Source: Chiloscyllium plagiosum
Taxonomy: Eukaryota
NCBI RefSeq assembly: GCF_004010195.1
Contig: NC_057752.1
Location: 4,896,879-4,960,878, forward strand
DNA: 64,000 bases
Reading direction: 5' to 3'
Shown: positions 1-17,345 of the stretch, piece after piece
Layout of the letters: every line of letters starts with the position of its first letter
How positions within the stretch are numbered: position 1 is the first letter of the stretch
The notes under the pieces: model-generated
What the model was told of the DNA's origin: nothing
Database searches by the model: none
Seen by the model: the letters and a program-made list of their open reading frames with translations, nothing else
Made by a program: the position numbers and the translations under genes

Positions 1-120
1 TCCACCCCCAAGGCTCCCAGCCTCATTCTTGATGAAGGGCTTTTGCCCAAAATGTTGATTCTCCTGCTCCTCGGATGCTGCCTGACCTGCTGTGCTTTTA
101 CCGCACCATTCTAATCTAGA
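1..120 (+). mobile_element. Penelope-like element 3' tail with degenerate hammerhead motif
   Basis: tTGATGA-aGGGC-tttt-GCCC-aaaatgtt followed by ctcctgctcctcggatgctgcctgacctgctgtgc, shared with other copies in the window. Confidence 0.65.
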
Positions 121-2225
121 CCCTAGTGTTGTTAATGCCAGTCCTTGGCTGGTGTGACTGAGGAAACTATAGCCAGTCCTTCAGCAAGAAAGCATTCAAC
201 TCAAAAGAAGTCAATATTTGAAAGGCAAAGAAGGGAGTGCAAAAATGGCTTTCTGTAATGGACAATTTTCAGGAATAGGAACTGGCTAAACTCTGCCAGT
301 TTTCCAAGGAAGGTCAAAACTATAAAAACCTAGGATGCTAATCAATAGATAGCAGAGGCAATTATGGCACACAATGATACGCATTGATCCAATACTTAAA
401 AATATTGTCTCAACCATCAGATTGCTGTGAACTGCTATAGAAATGTAAATAATACTTCTAGGCTAATGAGCTATAAACGACCGTGTGTCCCAAATTTCCT
501 GGAAATGTTAATCCCAAAAAACATTTTGATTAAAGCAAAGCTGATAAATTCATGGACTCTTCATGAACCCAGGGAATGAGATTATTAAAATATGTAAAAT
601 ACTTACCTAGCTTAAGGAACACTGATCTTTGTAAATTTGTTGATGTTACAATAAACTGTTAAAAAGAGTTGTAATCTTTGATCATTTTCTTTACTAGATG
701 GAATCTTAAAATTACGAGTACAAGGGAGAAGGCACGGGTTCACCTACCTGTAAAAAAATCACTATGACGGTAGAGGGTTTTCATTCCTCTAAGAATCACC
801 CTGGCCTTTTGTCTTCCTGATGTGAAGTCTACTGCAGTATAGATTCTACACAAACATTCCCATTTCCCTGAAAGTAATTGACCAGAATAATCGCCCAGCT
901 TTATTTCTCTACTATTTAATGTTGTCTTAGTACATTCCACTTCTATCTCTGCCGGTCCCTTCCCCAGCAGTATAAAAACAATAATATCCTGAGGAGGACT
1001 TCTATAAGACAACTGGTGCTAACTGAACTGAGACTGACATCTGCGGATACATGATCAGATTTGATTAATTGTTAAAAACAGGAATCTGAGTGCGCACAAG
1101 ACAATAAGAGTCTTTGGTAGAGTTGATTTATTTGGTTTAGATTTTAATTCTATGATAACTGAATAATCTGTGACTGACCATAATGCACATCCACTTATTT
1201 AATAATCTTAACATTTTATGGGACATTACAATCACACACAATTGCTTTGCAAATGACACAAATGAAACACAGGGCCTCTGGGTTGAAAAAGCCAGTGCAG
1301 TTTACGGAACATTTGCAGGCACTGCACAAAACAGTCCTGCGATAATACACCACCATATTGAACTTACAACTACTATTTTTTTCATGAATAGTTCGGGGAT
1401 ATAATATGCCTATTTTTCAGGATGGGAGGTATGAATGTTTTAGTTATGCAAGAGACTGAAATGGCTGATGTTTGGTTGGCAGGTAAAACAATTCTGTGGA
1501 GTCAGCATTTTAAGGAGCGAACATCTTTTGTTCCTCAGCAGATCCATGTGAAATCAATGGCAGGGCTGTCACTGATAATCACATCACCGTAACCCCGACC
1601 ACATTCAAGCATTGATTTTTTGAACTTCAATTTTGTTTGCAAAAATGTGACAGCCTTTGCTGATGCGGCATTCATTTAAGATTAAAAATCTACCTGGAAA
1701 CCATATATTTTTGTCGTTTTTCTTTTCTTAAAATGAATATTATGTTTCCCCGATGTCATAATTTTATTAGTCAATACTAGACTAGGAAGAACTGGTCTGA
1801 TCCCAGTTGGTGCTGAATTAGCTCTCTTGCCAGAGGGGAAGTTTTGGATGCTGCAGATGATTACAGCACCCTTGACCAGAGAAGGAAAGAAATCAATCAA
1901 AATTCCTGGTGAAACATATACATGTACAGATGTTAGCTGAGGAGAGAAATGGGCTCAGCTGTGAAGTTCCTTCTGGTACCCTCTGATGCTCAGTGCTGCA
2001 GCTCATTTATGAATGAAAAGTTGGGACCCATCTTAATTAGGTACCAAAGGCAGTGAGCACAGGTGAAGCTATACCCCAACACAAGTCAGTATCTTTGAGA
2101 GAAGAGGGTAGAAAACTGGAAGTGAAGGATTTTAAGGCAATTGATTTTTGTTTGGAATGGATGCCAGGATCTAGGAGTAAAGGTAATCTTTGCATATGTC
2201 GACCTTTTTAATCACCCTCCCATCA

Positions 2226-2837
2226 ATTAGATTAGATTCCCTACAGTGTGGAAACAGGCCCTTTGGTCCAACAAGTTCATGCTGACCTTCCGAAGAGCAA
2301 CTCACCCAGACACATTCCCCTACATTTACCTCTAACACTATGGGCAATTTAGCATGGCCAATTCACCAAACCTGCATATCTTTGGACTGTGGGAGGAAAC
2401 CAGAGCACCCGGAGGAAACCCACGCAGACACAGTGAGAACGTGCAAACTCCACATAGACAGTCACCAAGGCTGGAATTGAACCCAGGTCCCTGGCACTGT
2501 GAGGCAGCAGTGCTAACCACTGAGCCACAGTGCCACCCCGTTGGATTAGATTCCCTACAGTGTGGAAACAGGCCCTTTGGCCGAACAACCAACCCACTGA
2601 AGAGACCCATTTCCCTCTGAATGATGCACCTAACACTATGGGCAATTTAGCATGGCCAATTCACCAAACCTGCACATCTTTGGACTGTGGGAGAAAACCG
2701 GAGCACCCGGAGGAAACCCACACAGACACAGAGAGAACGTGCAAACACCACACAGAGAGTCGCCTGAGGCTGGGATCGGACCCGGGTCCCTGGCGCTGTG
2801 AGGCAGCAGTGCTAACCACTGAGCCACCGTACCGCCC
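2226..2837 (-). mobile_element. Two tandem HE1-like tRNA-derived SINEs (about 2226-2540 and 2543-2837)
   Basis: Reverse strand reads GGTGGCTCAGTGGTTAGCACTGCTGCCTCACAG (A box), GGGTTCAATTCC-like B box and a (TAATC)n tail. Confidence 0.85.
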
Positions 2838-3156
2838 GGAGTTTCTTCAAGGTTTATAGATTTAAAAAAAGGTGTCCCGATTTACTCCTGATTAAACCCA
2901 TATATAGTTACTGCTTTTGATTGTCTCTTCCTTGATGTTTTCCCAAGTCCTTGTATTCATGTTTAAGAAACAAAAATGTAAAAGATGTTTTTACTGTTCT
3001 GTTAATCCATAGCACACTTGGTTCCTATCTATTATATTCACTCACTGCTGCGTCAGTCAAATCTCAATTTGCAGCTTTTAGGCTTCACAACAGAGCCTGA
3101 TTCTATCAGTTCATGTGGTTTCCTGCAATTGGGTTCTGTTCTATTCCCTCCAAAAG

Positions 3157-3487
3157 ATAGAGTCATAGAGATGTACAGCACGGAAACAGATCCTTCGGTC
3201 CAACCTGTCCATGCCGACCAGATATCCCAACCCAATCTAGTCCCACCTGACAGCACCCGGCCTATATCCCTCCAAACCCTTCCTATTCATATACCCATCC
3301 AAATGCCTCTTAAATGTTGCAATTGTACCAGCCTCCACCACATCCTCTGGCAGCTCATTCCATACACGTACTACCCTCTGCGTGAAAAAGTTGCCCCTTA
3401 GGTCTCTTTTATGTCTTTCCCCTCTCACCCTAAAGCTATGCCCTCTAGTTCTGGACTCCCCGACCCCAGGGAAAAGACTTTGTCTAT
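3157..3487 (-). mobile_element. CR1 LINE 3' fragment
   Basis: ORF ...RGNFFTQRVVRVWNELPEDVVEA...; CR1-type tail ctatgactctat. Confidence 0.85.
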
Positions 3488-3814
3488 GAAATGTATATCA
3501 TAAATATCCTTTAATTGTAAATGGAGTGAACATTTCAGAGTATTACACACTGCCTTGAAGAAAATTGAACTAATTGGAATTTCTTGAAGAAATTTGACAT
3601 TGACACTGTCATGTCAAATTTAATATGTCAGGTAAATCACCTTTACAAATTTTATGAATAAAGTATCTTTGAAAGGAAAAGGTGTTTATTTAATTTGGCT
3701 CCAGTTTTTTTGTGATGTTGTTATCTGTTTATCAACCTTGGCATAAACTTCACTATCTTTTCGGGCAGTAACATGACATAGAGCTTGTTCAGTTTTCATC
3801 TCATTGATTTCGTT

Positions 3815-4115
3815 ATGGTCGCTCAGTGGTTAGCACTGTAGCCTCACAGTGCTGGGGACCTGGCTTCAATTCCAGCCTTGGGCAACAGTGTGGAGCTTAC
3901 ACATTCTGCCTGTGCTTGTGCGGTTTCCCCCTGCAGTCCAAATGTGTAAGGCAGGTGGACTGGCTATGCTAAATTACCCAATAATGTCCAGGTAGCCATG
4001 GGAAATGTGGAGTTATGGGGATAGGGTCAGGGCTAGGTCTGAATGGGACGCACTTGGAGGAAAGGTGCAGACTTGATGGGCTGAATGGTCTCTTTCGTTG
4101 CCGTAGGGGTTCTAT
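3815..4115 (+). mobile_element. Degenerate HE1-like SINE
   Basis: gctcagtggttagcactgtagcctcacag...ttcaattcc head. Confidence 0.7.
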
Positions 4116-5654
4116 TATTTCAGCAACACCCAACTCCCTCCACTAGCCTCCAGCCACATTATCTTCGAACTGGAGTGTCTACTTGAAGACAACTCCACAA
4201 GCTAGTAGGTTTCCATAAATGTGAGAAATTACTCTCAGGCATATTATTCATATGAGTGCAGTAGATGCAAACTGCAGTGAGACTACTACCTGCTGAGTCA
4301 CAGCCAACATCACTTTTGGCATTGAGTCTGAAGATCAAAGATTCAAGTCCGATTCCAAAGCCTTGAAGCCAAATTTATGGTGACCCACGCAGAGCAATGC
4401 TGTCTTTACAGAAACACCATCTTTTAGACGAGCCATTAAACTGAGACCTCACCTGACCTCCAAGGTGGATATAAAGATCCCAAGATCACTATTCAAAGAA
4501 CAGCAGGGCAAATCCCCTGGCGCCCTCACTAATGTTTATCGCTCAACCAATATCACCAAAAACAATGTTATCCAGTCATCATCACATTGAGTGGTGTATG
4601 TAAACTGATCACTGCGTTTTCTACAGTACAATGAAGAGAACTCGAGTGCTGCATTGGCTGTAAAGTGTTTGGAAGATTATGAAATGCAAATTCTTTTTTG
4701 TTTCTTATAAATTAAGCTAACTCAATCAGATGCCAAGGTTTTTTTTTCTTTCAATTCTCTCTGAAAGCTGGAAGACACTGCACAATTATATAGGGGAATT
4801 GAATTGTGGAAGTGGCTGCAATATTCTAAAAAGTGAATTGCAAATGCTATTGCAGTTTTATGGTTGTGACAGCAGTCACAAGCTCCAATGTGATAAAAGA
4901 GGCTTACAACCCACCAGGGTGCCAAGACAGTCTCTATGGTAACAGAGCTATTCATCTCCTAGCAACAGGATTGAAAAATTGACTGTCCATTCTAATTAGT
5001 TTTTCAACATGCAATCTGGGAGAGGCAGGCTGTGTTGGGATTACTGACAGTGGCAAGTCTGACATGCTCTTGAACCAGTGAACAAAAGAACTGTGAAAAT
5101 AATTTAATTGCTTGCCCTTTTGTTTCATTGTAGCAGAAATATGTTATTACAAAAATGTTCTTTCTACTATTCATCAAAAGTTATTGACAAGCCAAAAATT
5201 GGCCCCAACATGATTCACACTTCTAATTATCTATCTGTCAATTTAATAAACTCAGGATCAACAACCAATGATCGGTGTCTCAGGCAGAATCAATGGCACC
5301 GGTAGACAGATCTCTGGATTAACATGTGTACCTTTGAAGATGGCTGTGGTTCTGCCAGTAGGCAAGTGGATAAATACAGCATTCAATGCAGCCAGAAAAT
5401 TAAACCAGAAAGGTCCTTCTGAATTGTCTGGTGAGTAAGAGGGATACTTCAGTGTCTCCAAACTACAGAGTATAATCATACTTTCAGCTTTCTTCAGTGA
5501 TTTTTGCTGGAGAGTACACATAGGTATCAGATTAGCATATCATCAGACCTGCCTGTGATTTAACCTACCACTGAACCACATATCAACAGTCACCATCTAG
5601 AATAGCACAAGGAACAGCAAACATGGGGTGACAAATGAATGGAACTTGACATAC

Positions 5655-5950
5655 ATTAGATTAGATTCCCGACAGTGTGGAAACAAGCCCTTCGGCCCAA
5701 CAAGTCCACGCTGACCCTCCAAAGACTAACCCACCCAGACCCATTCCCTCTGACTCATGAACCTAAGACTATGGGTAATTTTTAGCACATCTTTGGACTG
5801 TGGGAGGAAACCGGAGCATCCAGAGGCAACCCACGCAGATACAGGGAGAACGTGTAAACTCCACACAGACAGTCACCCGAGGTTGGAATCGAACCTGGGA
5901 CCCTGGTGCTGTGAGACAGCAGTTATAACCACTGAGCCACTGTGTCGCCC
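5655..5950 (-). mobile_element. HE1-like SINE
   Basis: Same head, body and tail as the copies at 2226-2837. Confidence 0.8.
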
Positions 5951-6249
5951 CAATTATGAAATGGGCAACAGAGTTTGGATGCCTAGGGGTGAAGTATAAT
6001 CTGATTTCAGGGATCAGAAAACAGGTTGTATGTTCTGATCTGGATTGTATGTATGTTATTCTACGTTGGTCCCCGGTTCACTAAAATCTCAACTTTTAAA
6101 ATGGTCATTCTTATATTCAAATCTATTCATCTCTTCCATAGCCTCATTCCACCATATCTCTGTACTCTACTCCAGCCCTATAAGAATTCCATGTTCCACC
6201 AAATCTCCACTTCCTTTAACACCACCACTATCGACCGTGTCTTCAGCCA

Positions 6250-6960
6250 CCATAGATTCATGTAGCATAGAAACAGGCCCTTTGGCCCACCATGTCTATG
6301 CTGACCAACAAATACCAAACTAAGCTAATCCCACTTCCCTGCAGTTGGTCTATCACCTACTATGCCCTGGCATTTTAAGTGCTTGTCCAGCTGCTGCTTA
6401 AATATTGTGAGAGTACCTGCCTCCAGCACCCTCTCAAGCAGCACGTTCCATATTTCTATCACTCTCTAGGTGAAACCATTTTCCTCAGATCCCCTCTAAA
6501 CATTTACTCCTCACCTTAAATGTACGTCTTTTGGTCTTAGACATATCTGCCATGGGGAAAAGATTCTCGCGATCTACCCTGTCCAAGCCTCTCAATTTTG
6601 TTTTCCTCAATCAGCCCCCTCAGCCTCCTCTGTTTTCCAGGTAAAACAAGCCCAGTCTATCCAGTCTCTCCTCATAACTGAGACTTTCCATCCCAGGTAA
6701 CATCCTGGTGAATCACCTCTATATCCTCTCCAGTGCAATGATGTCTTTGGATGTGGCGACCAGAACTGCATATGGTATTCCATCTGTAGGCTAACTAATG
6801 CTTTATAAGGTTGTAACAAGACTTCCTCGCTCCTATATTCCATACCCTGGCTAATGAAGGCAAGCATCTCATCCACATCTTCACCACCATGTCCACCTGT
6901 GCTAACACCTTCAGGGATCTATGGACTCCTGCACCAAGGTCTCTTTGTTCCTCAGTACTT
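6250..6960 (-). mobile_element. Degenerate CR1 LINE 3' fragment
   Basis: ORF2 C-terminal remnants (LAFISQGMEYRS...EYHMQFWSP). Confidence 0.75.
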
Positions 6961-7467
6961 GCTCGCGACCTACCATAGTCTCATAATTCACCCGAATAAG
7001 TATTGTTCTCTATATTGTTTTAAACCTATATTGAAAAGGTATCATTGTACACCAAATGTTTCCCCTTCATTAGATTATTATTCCAGCATGACATACTTGG
7101 AGTATTTATCTAGAAGATTCAGTCAAACCAAATTATGGATTGAATCTGACACACCTGACATTTGTTGAAATGAAGCTACTTGTAGTGAATTAGCTGATCT
7201 TGGAGGTACAAGTGCTAAAATTGACTTCAGGACCAAGAGTTAGGTACGGTGAAATCAACTATGTTTCCCACTCTACATGTGATAATCATGATACCAGAAA
7301 CGTGAGGCTATACCTATCAGGAAAGGATGAACAAGCTGGATCTGTTTTCTCTTGAAAATGGTTGAGGGGTGAGCAAATGAAGTAGTCTTTGAAATGGTGA
7401 AGTTCTTTTTAATAGATATGGAAGGAATGTTTCCTCTTGTGGGGAAGAGTATAAGGTTATCAATATG

Positions 7468-10148
7468 ACGGTCCCCAAGGGATTTAGATGTTTCAATAAG
7501 AACAGAGAAGATGGTAAAAGGTTGGGGGTGGTATTGTTAATCAAAGATAGTATTACAGCAGCAGGTAGTTTGGGCTGAGGTTAGAAACAGGAAAGGAGAT
7601 GTCACCCGGTTGGGAGTTTTCCATAGGCCTCCGAATTGTTCCAGGGATGTAGAGGAAAGATAGCAAAGATGATTCTCGATAACAGCGAGAGTAACAGGGT
7701 AACTGTTATGGGGTCTTTAACTTCCCCAACATTGACTGGGAATACTATAGTTCAAGTAGTTTAGATGGATCAGTTTTTGTTCAATGTGTGCAGGAGGGTT
7801 TTCTGACACAGTATGTAGACAGGCCAACAAGGGGCGATGGCCATAATGGATTTGGGTCTGGGGAATGAACCCAGCCAGGTGTTAGATTTGGAGGTAGGTG
7901 AGCACTTTGGCAATAGTGCCCACAATTCAGTTATGTTTACAATAGCAATGGGCAGGGATAGGTATATACTGCAGGGAAAGTGGTATAACTGGGGGAAAGG
8001 CAATTATGATGCAATTAGGCAAGATTTAGGATGCATAGGATGGGGAAGGAAACTGCATAGGATGGACACTCTTGAAATGTGAAGCTTATTCAAGGAACAG
8101 CTACTGCGGGTCCTTGATAAGTATGTACCTATCAGGTAGGGACGTAGTTGTCGAGAGAGGGAGCCATAGTTTACTAAAGAAGTCGAAGCTCTTGTCAAGA
8201 GAAAGAAGGAGGCTTATGTAAGGATGAGGTGTGAAGGCTCAGTTAAGAGGCTTGAGAGTTATTAGTTAGCCAGAAAAGATCTAAAGAGAGGGCTGAGAAG
8301 AGCCAGGAGGGGACATGAGAAGTTGTTGGTAGATAGGATCAAGGAAAACCCTTAGGCCTTCTATAGGTATATCAGGAATAAAAGAATGACTAGAGTAAGA
8401 TTAGGGCCAATCAAAGATAGTAGTGGGAAGTTGTGTGGAATCTGAGTATGTAGGGGAAGCACTGAATGAATACTTTTCTTCAGTATTCACATTGGAAAAA
8501 GGCAATGTTAGTGAGAATACGGAGATACAGGCTACTAGATTAGATGGGATTGAGATTGATAACGACAAGGTTTCAGCAATTTTGGAAGATCTGAAAATAG
8601 ATAAGATCCCTGGGCCAGACGGGATTTATCCTCGGATTCTCTGGGAAGCCAGGGAGGAGATTGCAGAGCCTTGGGCTTTGATCTTTATGTCACCATTGTC
8701 GACGGGAGTTGTGCCAGAAGACTGGAGGATAGCAAATGTTGTTCCCTTGTTTAAGAAGGGGAGTCGAGACAACCTGCTAATTATAGCGCAGTGAGCCTTA
8801 CTTTAGTTGTGGGTAAGGTGTTGGAAAAGGTTATAAGAGATCGGATTTATAATCATCTGGAAAGGAATAATTCAATTTGAGATAGTCAACACAGTTTTGT
8901 GAAGGGTCGGTCGTGCCTCACTAGCCTTATTGAGTTCTTCGAGAAGGTGACAAAACAGCTGGATGAAGGTAAAGCGGCTGATGTGGTTTACTTGGACTTC
9001 AGTAAGGCTTTTGATAAGGTTCCACACGGTAGGGTATTGCACAAAATATGGAATTTCAGGATTAAAGGTGATTTAGCAAATTGGATCAGAAATTGGCTAA
9101 CTGAAAGAAGACAGAGGATGGTGGTTGATGGGAAATGTTCATCCTGGAGCTCAGTTACAAGTTGTGTGCTGCAAGGATCTGTTTTGGGGCCACTGCTGTT
9201 TGTTGTTTTTATAAATTATCTGGAAGTGGGTGTAGATGGATGGGTTAGTAAATTTGCAGATGACATTAAGGTAGGCAGAGTTGTGGATAGTGCCGAAGGA
9301 TGTTGTGGGTTACAGAGGGACATAGATAAGATGCAGAGCTGGGCTGAGAAGTGGCAAATGGAGTTTAATGCAGAAAAGTGTGAGGTAGTTCACAGTGGAA
9401 TAAATAACAGGAATGCAGAATACTGGCTAATGGTAAAATTCTTGGCAGTGTAGATGAACAGAGAGATCTCAGTGTCCAGGCGCATAAACCCCTGAAAGTT
9501 GCCACCCAGGTTGATAGGGTTGTTAAGGAGGCATATGGTGTGTTGGCATTTATTGGTAGGAGGATTGAGTTTTGAAGTTATGAGGTAATGCTTCAGCTGT
9601 ACAAGACACTGGTAAGGCCGCACCTGGAGTATTGCGTGCAGTTCTGGTCACCGCATTATAGAAAGTTTGTGGAAGCTTTGGAGAGGGTTCAAAGGTGATT
9701 TACTAGGATGTTGCCTGGTGTGGAAGGAAGGTCTTACGAGGAAAGGCTGAGGGAACTGAGGCTGTTTTTGTTGGAAAGAAGAAGATTGAGAGGTGACTTA
9801 ATTGAGACGTATAAGATAGTCAGAGGGTTAAATAGAGTGGACAGTGAGAGCCTTTTTCCTCAGATGGTGAAGGCTAACATGAGGGGACATAGCTTTAAAT
9901 TGAGGGGTGATAGATTTAGGACAGATATCAGGGGTAGTTTCTTCACTCAGACAGTAATAGAGGCATGGAACGACCTACCTGCAACAGTAGTAGACTCACC
10001 GACGTTAAGGATATTTAAATGGGCATTGGACATACATATGGATAATCATGGAACGGTGTAGGTTAGATAGGCATCAGATTAATTCCACAGGTCGGCGCAA
10101 CATTGAGGGCCGAAGGGCCTGTACTGCACTGTAATGTTCTATGTTCTA
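7468..10148 (+). mobile_element. CR1 LINE, 5'-truncated ORF2 (endonuclease remnant plus RT), disrupted
   Basis: KIPGPDGIYPRIL, WRIANVVPLFKKG, YLDFSKAFDKVPH, QGSVLGPLLF, KFADD; tail gttctatgttcta; contains stops and frameshifts. Confidence 0.92.
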
Positions 10149-10339
10149 AATCCAATAGGGAATTCAGAATAAACTTCTGAAAGAATGGTGAAAATGTGGA
10201 ATTCATGACCAGGAAGTGGCTGCAGGGAAATAGTATAGATTAATTCAGGTTGAACCTGGATGGGAATCTGAGGCAGAGGGAGTAGAGGATTTTTTAATGG
10301 AATTAATTTGGGAAGGATGGGAAAAGGCTCCCGTGTCAC

Positions 10340-10850
10340 ATGTCATAGTGTCATTGAGTCATAGAGATGTACAGCACAGAAACAGACCTTTTGGTACACT
10401 TGTCCATGCCGACCAGATATCCAAACCTAATCTAGTCCCATTTTCCAGCACCCCGCCCATATCCCTCTAAAGCCTTCCTATTTGTATACCCATCCAGATG
10501 CCTTTTAAATGTTGTAATTGTATCAGCCTTCACCACTTCCTCTGGCAGCTCATTCCATACACGTACCACCCTCTGCGTGAAAAAGTTGCCCCTTAGGTCC
10601 CTTTAAATCTTTCCCCCCTCACCCTAAACCTATGCCCTCTAGTTCTGGACTCTTCCACCCCGGGAGGAGATTTTGTCTATTTATCCTATCCATGCCCCTC
10701 TTGGTTTTATAAACCTTGATAAGGTCAGCCCTCAGCTTCCGATGCTCCAGGGTAAACAGCCCCAGCCTATTCCTGTAGCTCAAATCCTCCAACCCTGGCG
10801 ACATCCTTGTAAATCTTTTCTGAACCAGAAATGCACGCAGTATTCCAAGT
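10340..10850 (-). mobile_element. CR1 LINE 3' fragment
   Basis: Same family as 3157-3487 and the 3' end of the element at 20030-24770. Confidence 0.85.
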
Positions 10851-12512
10851 AAGTCAGCACAGACTGGTTAGGGAGAATGACTTGTTTCTGTGCTCTCTTA
10901 TTCTGTGTGGCTCTACATAATGCTTTGTAGCAACTCTTCCTGTAGGTTAAGATGTGAATGGCGAGACAGCACAGTTGTACCTTTACTGTCCTAACTATGA
11001 CAAGCGAAAAATGACCTTCTGGATGAACCGTGTGAAGAATGGTTCTTGAGTGAGGTAGCCAATCGCTCATTGTGACTGCTTGGAGCTCTCATCTGAGAAG
11101 AGGGGGGAATAAAGGGAGAAAGCAGTCACCGCAGTATGAATCATATAGAACACGATAGCTGCAGTGTGAGTCACATTGTATACGGGTGATGCATAATTGC
11201 TAATGGGGGCGAAGAATAATTGTTCCCACTTTTAGAAAATATCCAGATATGGCCGTTTGCCCGTACAATATAACTCGGGGAAGTTAGACTGCCATATAAA
11301 GACAGGCACATTTCTATATTCAGATAGAATTAACAAACCCATCTACCTTCTCTGGAGACGTTTACAATACAATACCGTCGAGTCTGGACCCCTCCATCTC
11401 GATTCATACACTCCTTCCATCAGCTGATAGACATGATTGAAGCTTGTAATCAGCTTTATGCCCTAAAACTACGTCCGCATATCCGGTGTCGATGAGTTAT
11501 TTTGTCTCTTCGCTGAAATATCTTACTTCGGACAGTCAATATCGCCTGAAATAGAATAGAATAAAAATAACAATTGTGCCGGGGTAATGGGAAATTGTAC
11601 TAAAGTTTGTTTTTTTATATATAATTCGACAAAATCAAAATTGGACTGTTTCTCTGAAGTCGCTTCCATTGAAAATAGTTACTCTGTATTGACGTGCGTC
11701 CAGCACAAAAGACTGAAAAATCCCCGCCCCACCCTGTCCCATTCCACAGCCTGTTTCGTTCCACGAAACAATAGCAATAAGAGACAAAGTTACTATACTA
11801 AGGAATCCGTTTTATTTTGTCACCTCTCCCCACCCAACCCAATGGATGACAATATTTGCTGCGAAGATTGTCGGGTGTGACAATTTGGAATTGAGAAGTC
11901 TCCGTTAACATAAGAGCGCGCTGGACGAATTGCAACATGTAGAACACTTTCTGTTACATTGAGAGAAACAGCAATTCAGTCTCACATCGTTACAAACAGC
12001 CAATGTAGCAAATCTCACAAATTATTATATTAATGTTACCGGTAAATAAAATACCACTTTTTACATTCAGGATCTAGTCGTGTAATTCGGCTGTGATTGA
12101 ACGTGGGTTATGTTGTGTAAAAGAATTCATTGGGAGCGGAAAATTCCTTTTGTGAAATAGATGAAAACGTGGCTTCGTTAATTATGAGAAACGTTTTAAA
12201 CAGAATAATCAGCAAATTGTTTATTTGTAAATTGGCATTTATAAGATATTTAATAATTTCCTTCATCAAATGAACAATGTACTCCAGTATGATGTTATCA
12301 GTGAAAGAATATTTCCATTGAATTTCTCTTTATAAGGCAAGGCTATTTTGTTATTTCAGAAGAAGTGGTTTGAATAATTGCTGAGGTGTTTTCTGCTCCA
12401 AAAACCGGAATCTTATTATTTCGTCTGCCTGTTCTACGCTGTTTTATCAAATGTCAGCCTTTGTTCCAAACCACCCGTGGTCAAGTCGATTAGTTTGGCC
12501 AGGAGCGTCTGT

Positions 12513-12660
12513 CCAATCAGAACGCCCGAAGCAGTTAACGGCGCATGTCTCCTCCTATCAGAGCGTCGGCATTGTGATGGTTCCTCGTCACTCAAACTGA
12601 CCTCCTCCAATGAGAATGGCACCACTGCCCAGGCTCCACAGTCTGGCCCAACTATAAGAA
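12513..12660 (+). promoter_or_regulatory. Core promoter of alpha-tubulin gene 1
   Basis: CCAAT at 12513 and 12607; TATAAG at 12653, about 135 nt upstream of the ATG; locally CpG-rich. Confidence 0.6.
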
Positions 12661-12787
12661 CATGTCTCTCCCATCTGAATTGTAGGTTTTTTCTTACGAC
12701 GACCCGTAAAAGTCGCGCTGTAGGAAGAAGTCGCTCAAGCCTTCTCTTTATTCCATTTGTTTTGTCTACTACCAAGGACCAGGCATC

Positions 12788-16845
<4,058 letters not shown>

Positions 16846-17339
16846 CATGATTTTGACATCACAATATGGTGCTGCTGTACAGGGATTCCAGATTAAAGTA
16901 TAAAACATTGCATTAAACATGGTGAATTGTAACTGCAGGTTAACCAATTTGAGGGGGTGTGGTCCTTCAATTTGTTAATTATCAGTTACACACTTGCATA
17001 AGTCATGACCATTAATGTTTAATCACCGGTTTAATGATCTTTGCATTCCATATTTATTTTATTTTAAATCTTATATTCTATTGTTTTTTAAAAAACTTTT
17101 TTTTCTTCTACCCAATGTTCCATCTTGTATTGTATTCCACATCATAATGCCAAGCCTTTGCAATTGACCTCAACTGGTTTTAGGTCAGTGGATAATTTGG
17201 CTATTTTTTTTTTTAAAAGTGTGATTGTGTTTCAACTCTTCCCTTGGTTATATTCTATCACAATGTACACTTTAAATCGAGATTGCAGTGCAGCGAATCC
17301 CTTTACAAATGTAACTCGTGTTCTGTCTCTTGATTTATC

Positions 17340-17345
17340 AATAAA
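17340..17345 (+). terminator. Probable poly(A) signal of gene 1
   Basis: AATAAA at the end of a 3'UTR block conserved with gene 2. Confidence 0.6.

Noticed and set aside
2226-2837. tRNA-like sequences with A and B boxes
   Set aside because: These are heads of HE1-like SINEs with SINE body and tail, not tRNA genes.
5332-5462. Hemopexin-repeat-like peptide LNAVFIHLPTGRTTAIFKG
   Set aside because: The resemblance is short and neighbouring segments do not continue an MMP or hemopexin sequence, so no gene call is supported.
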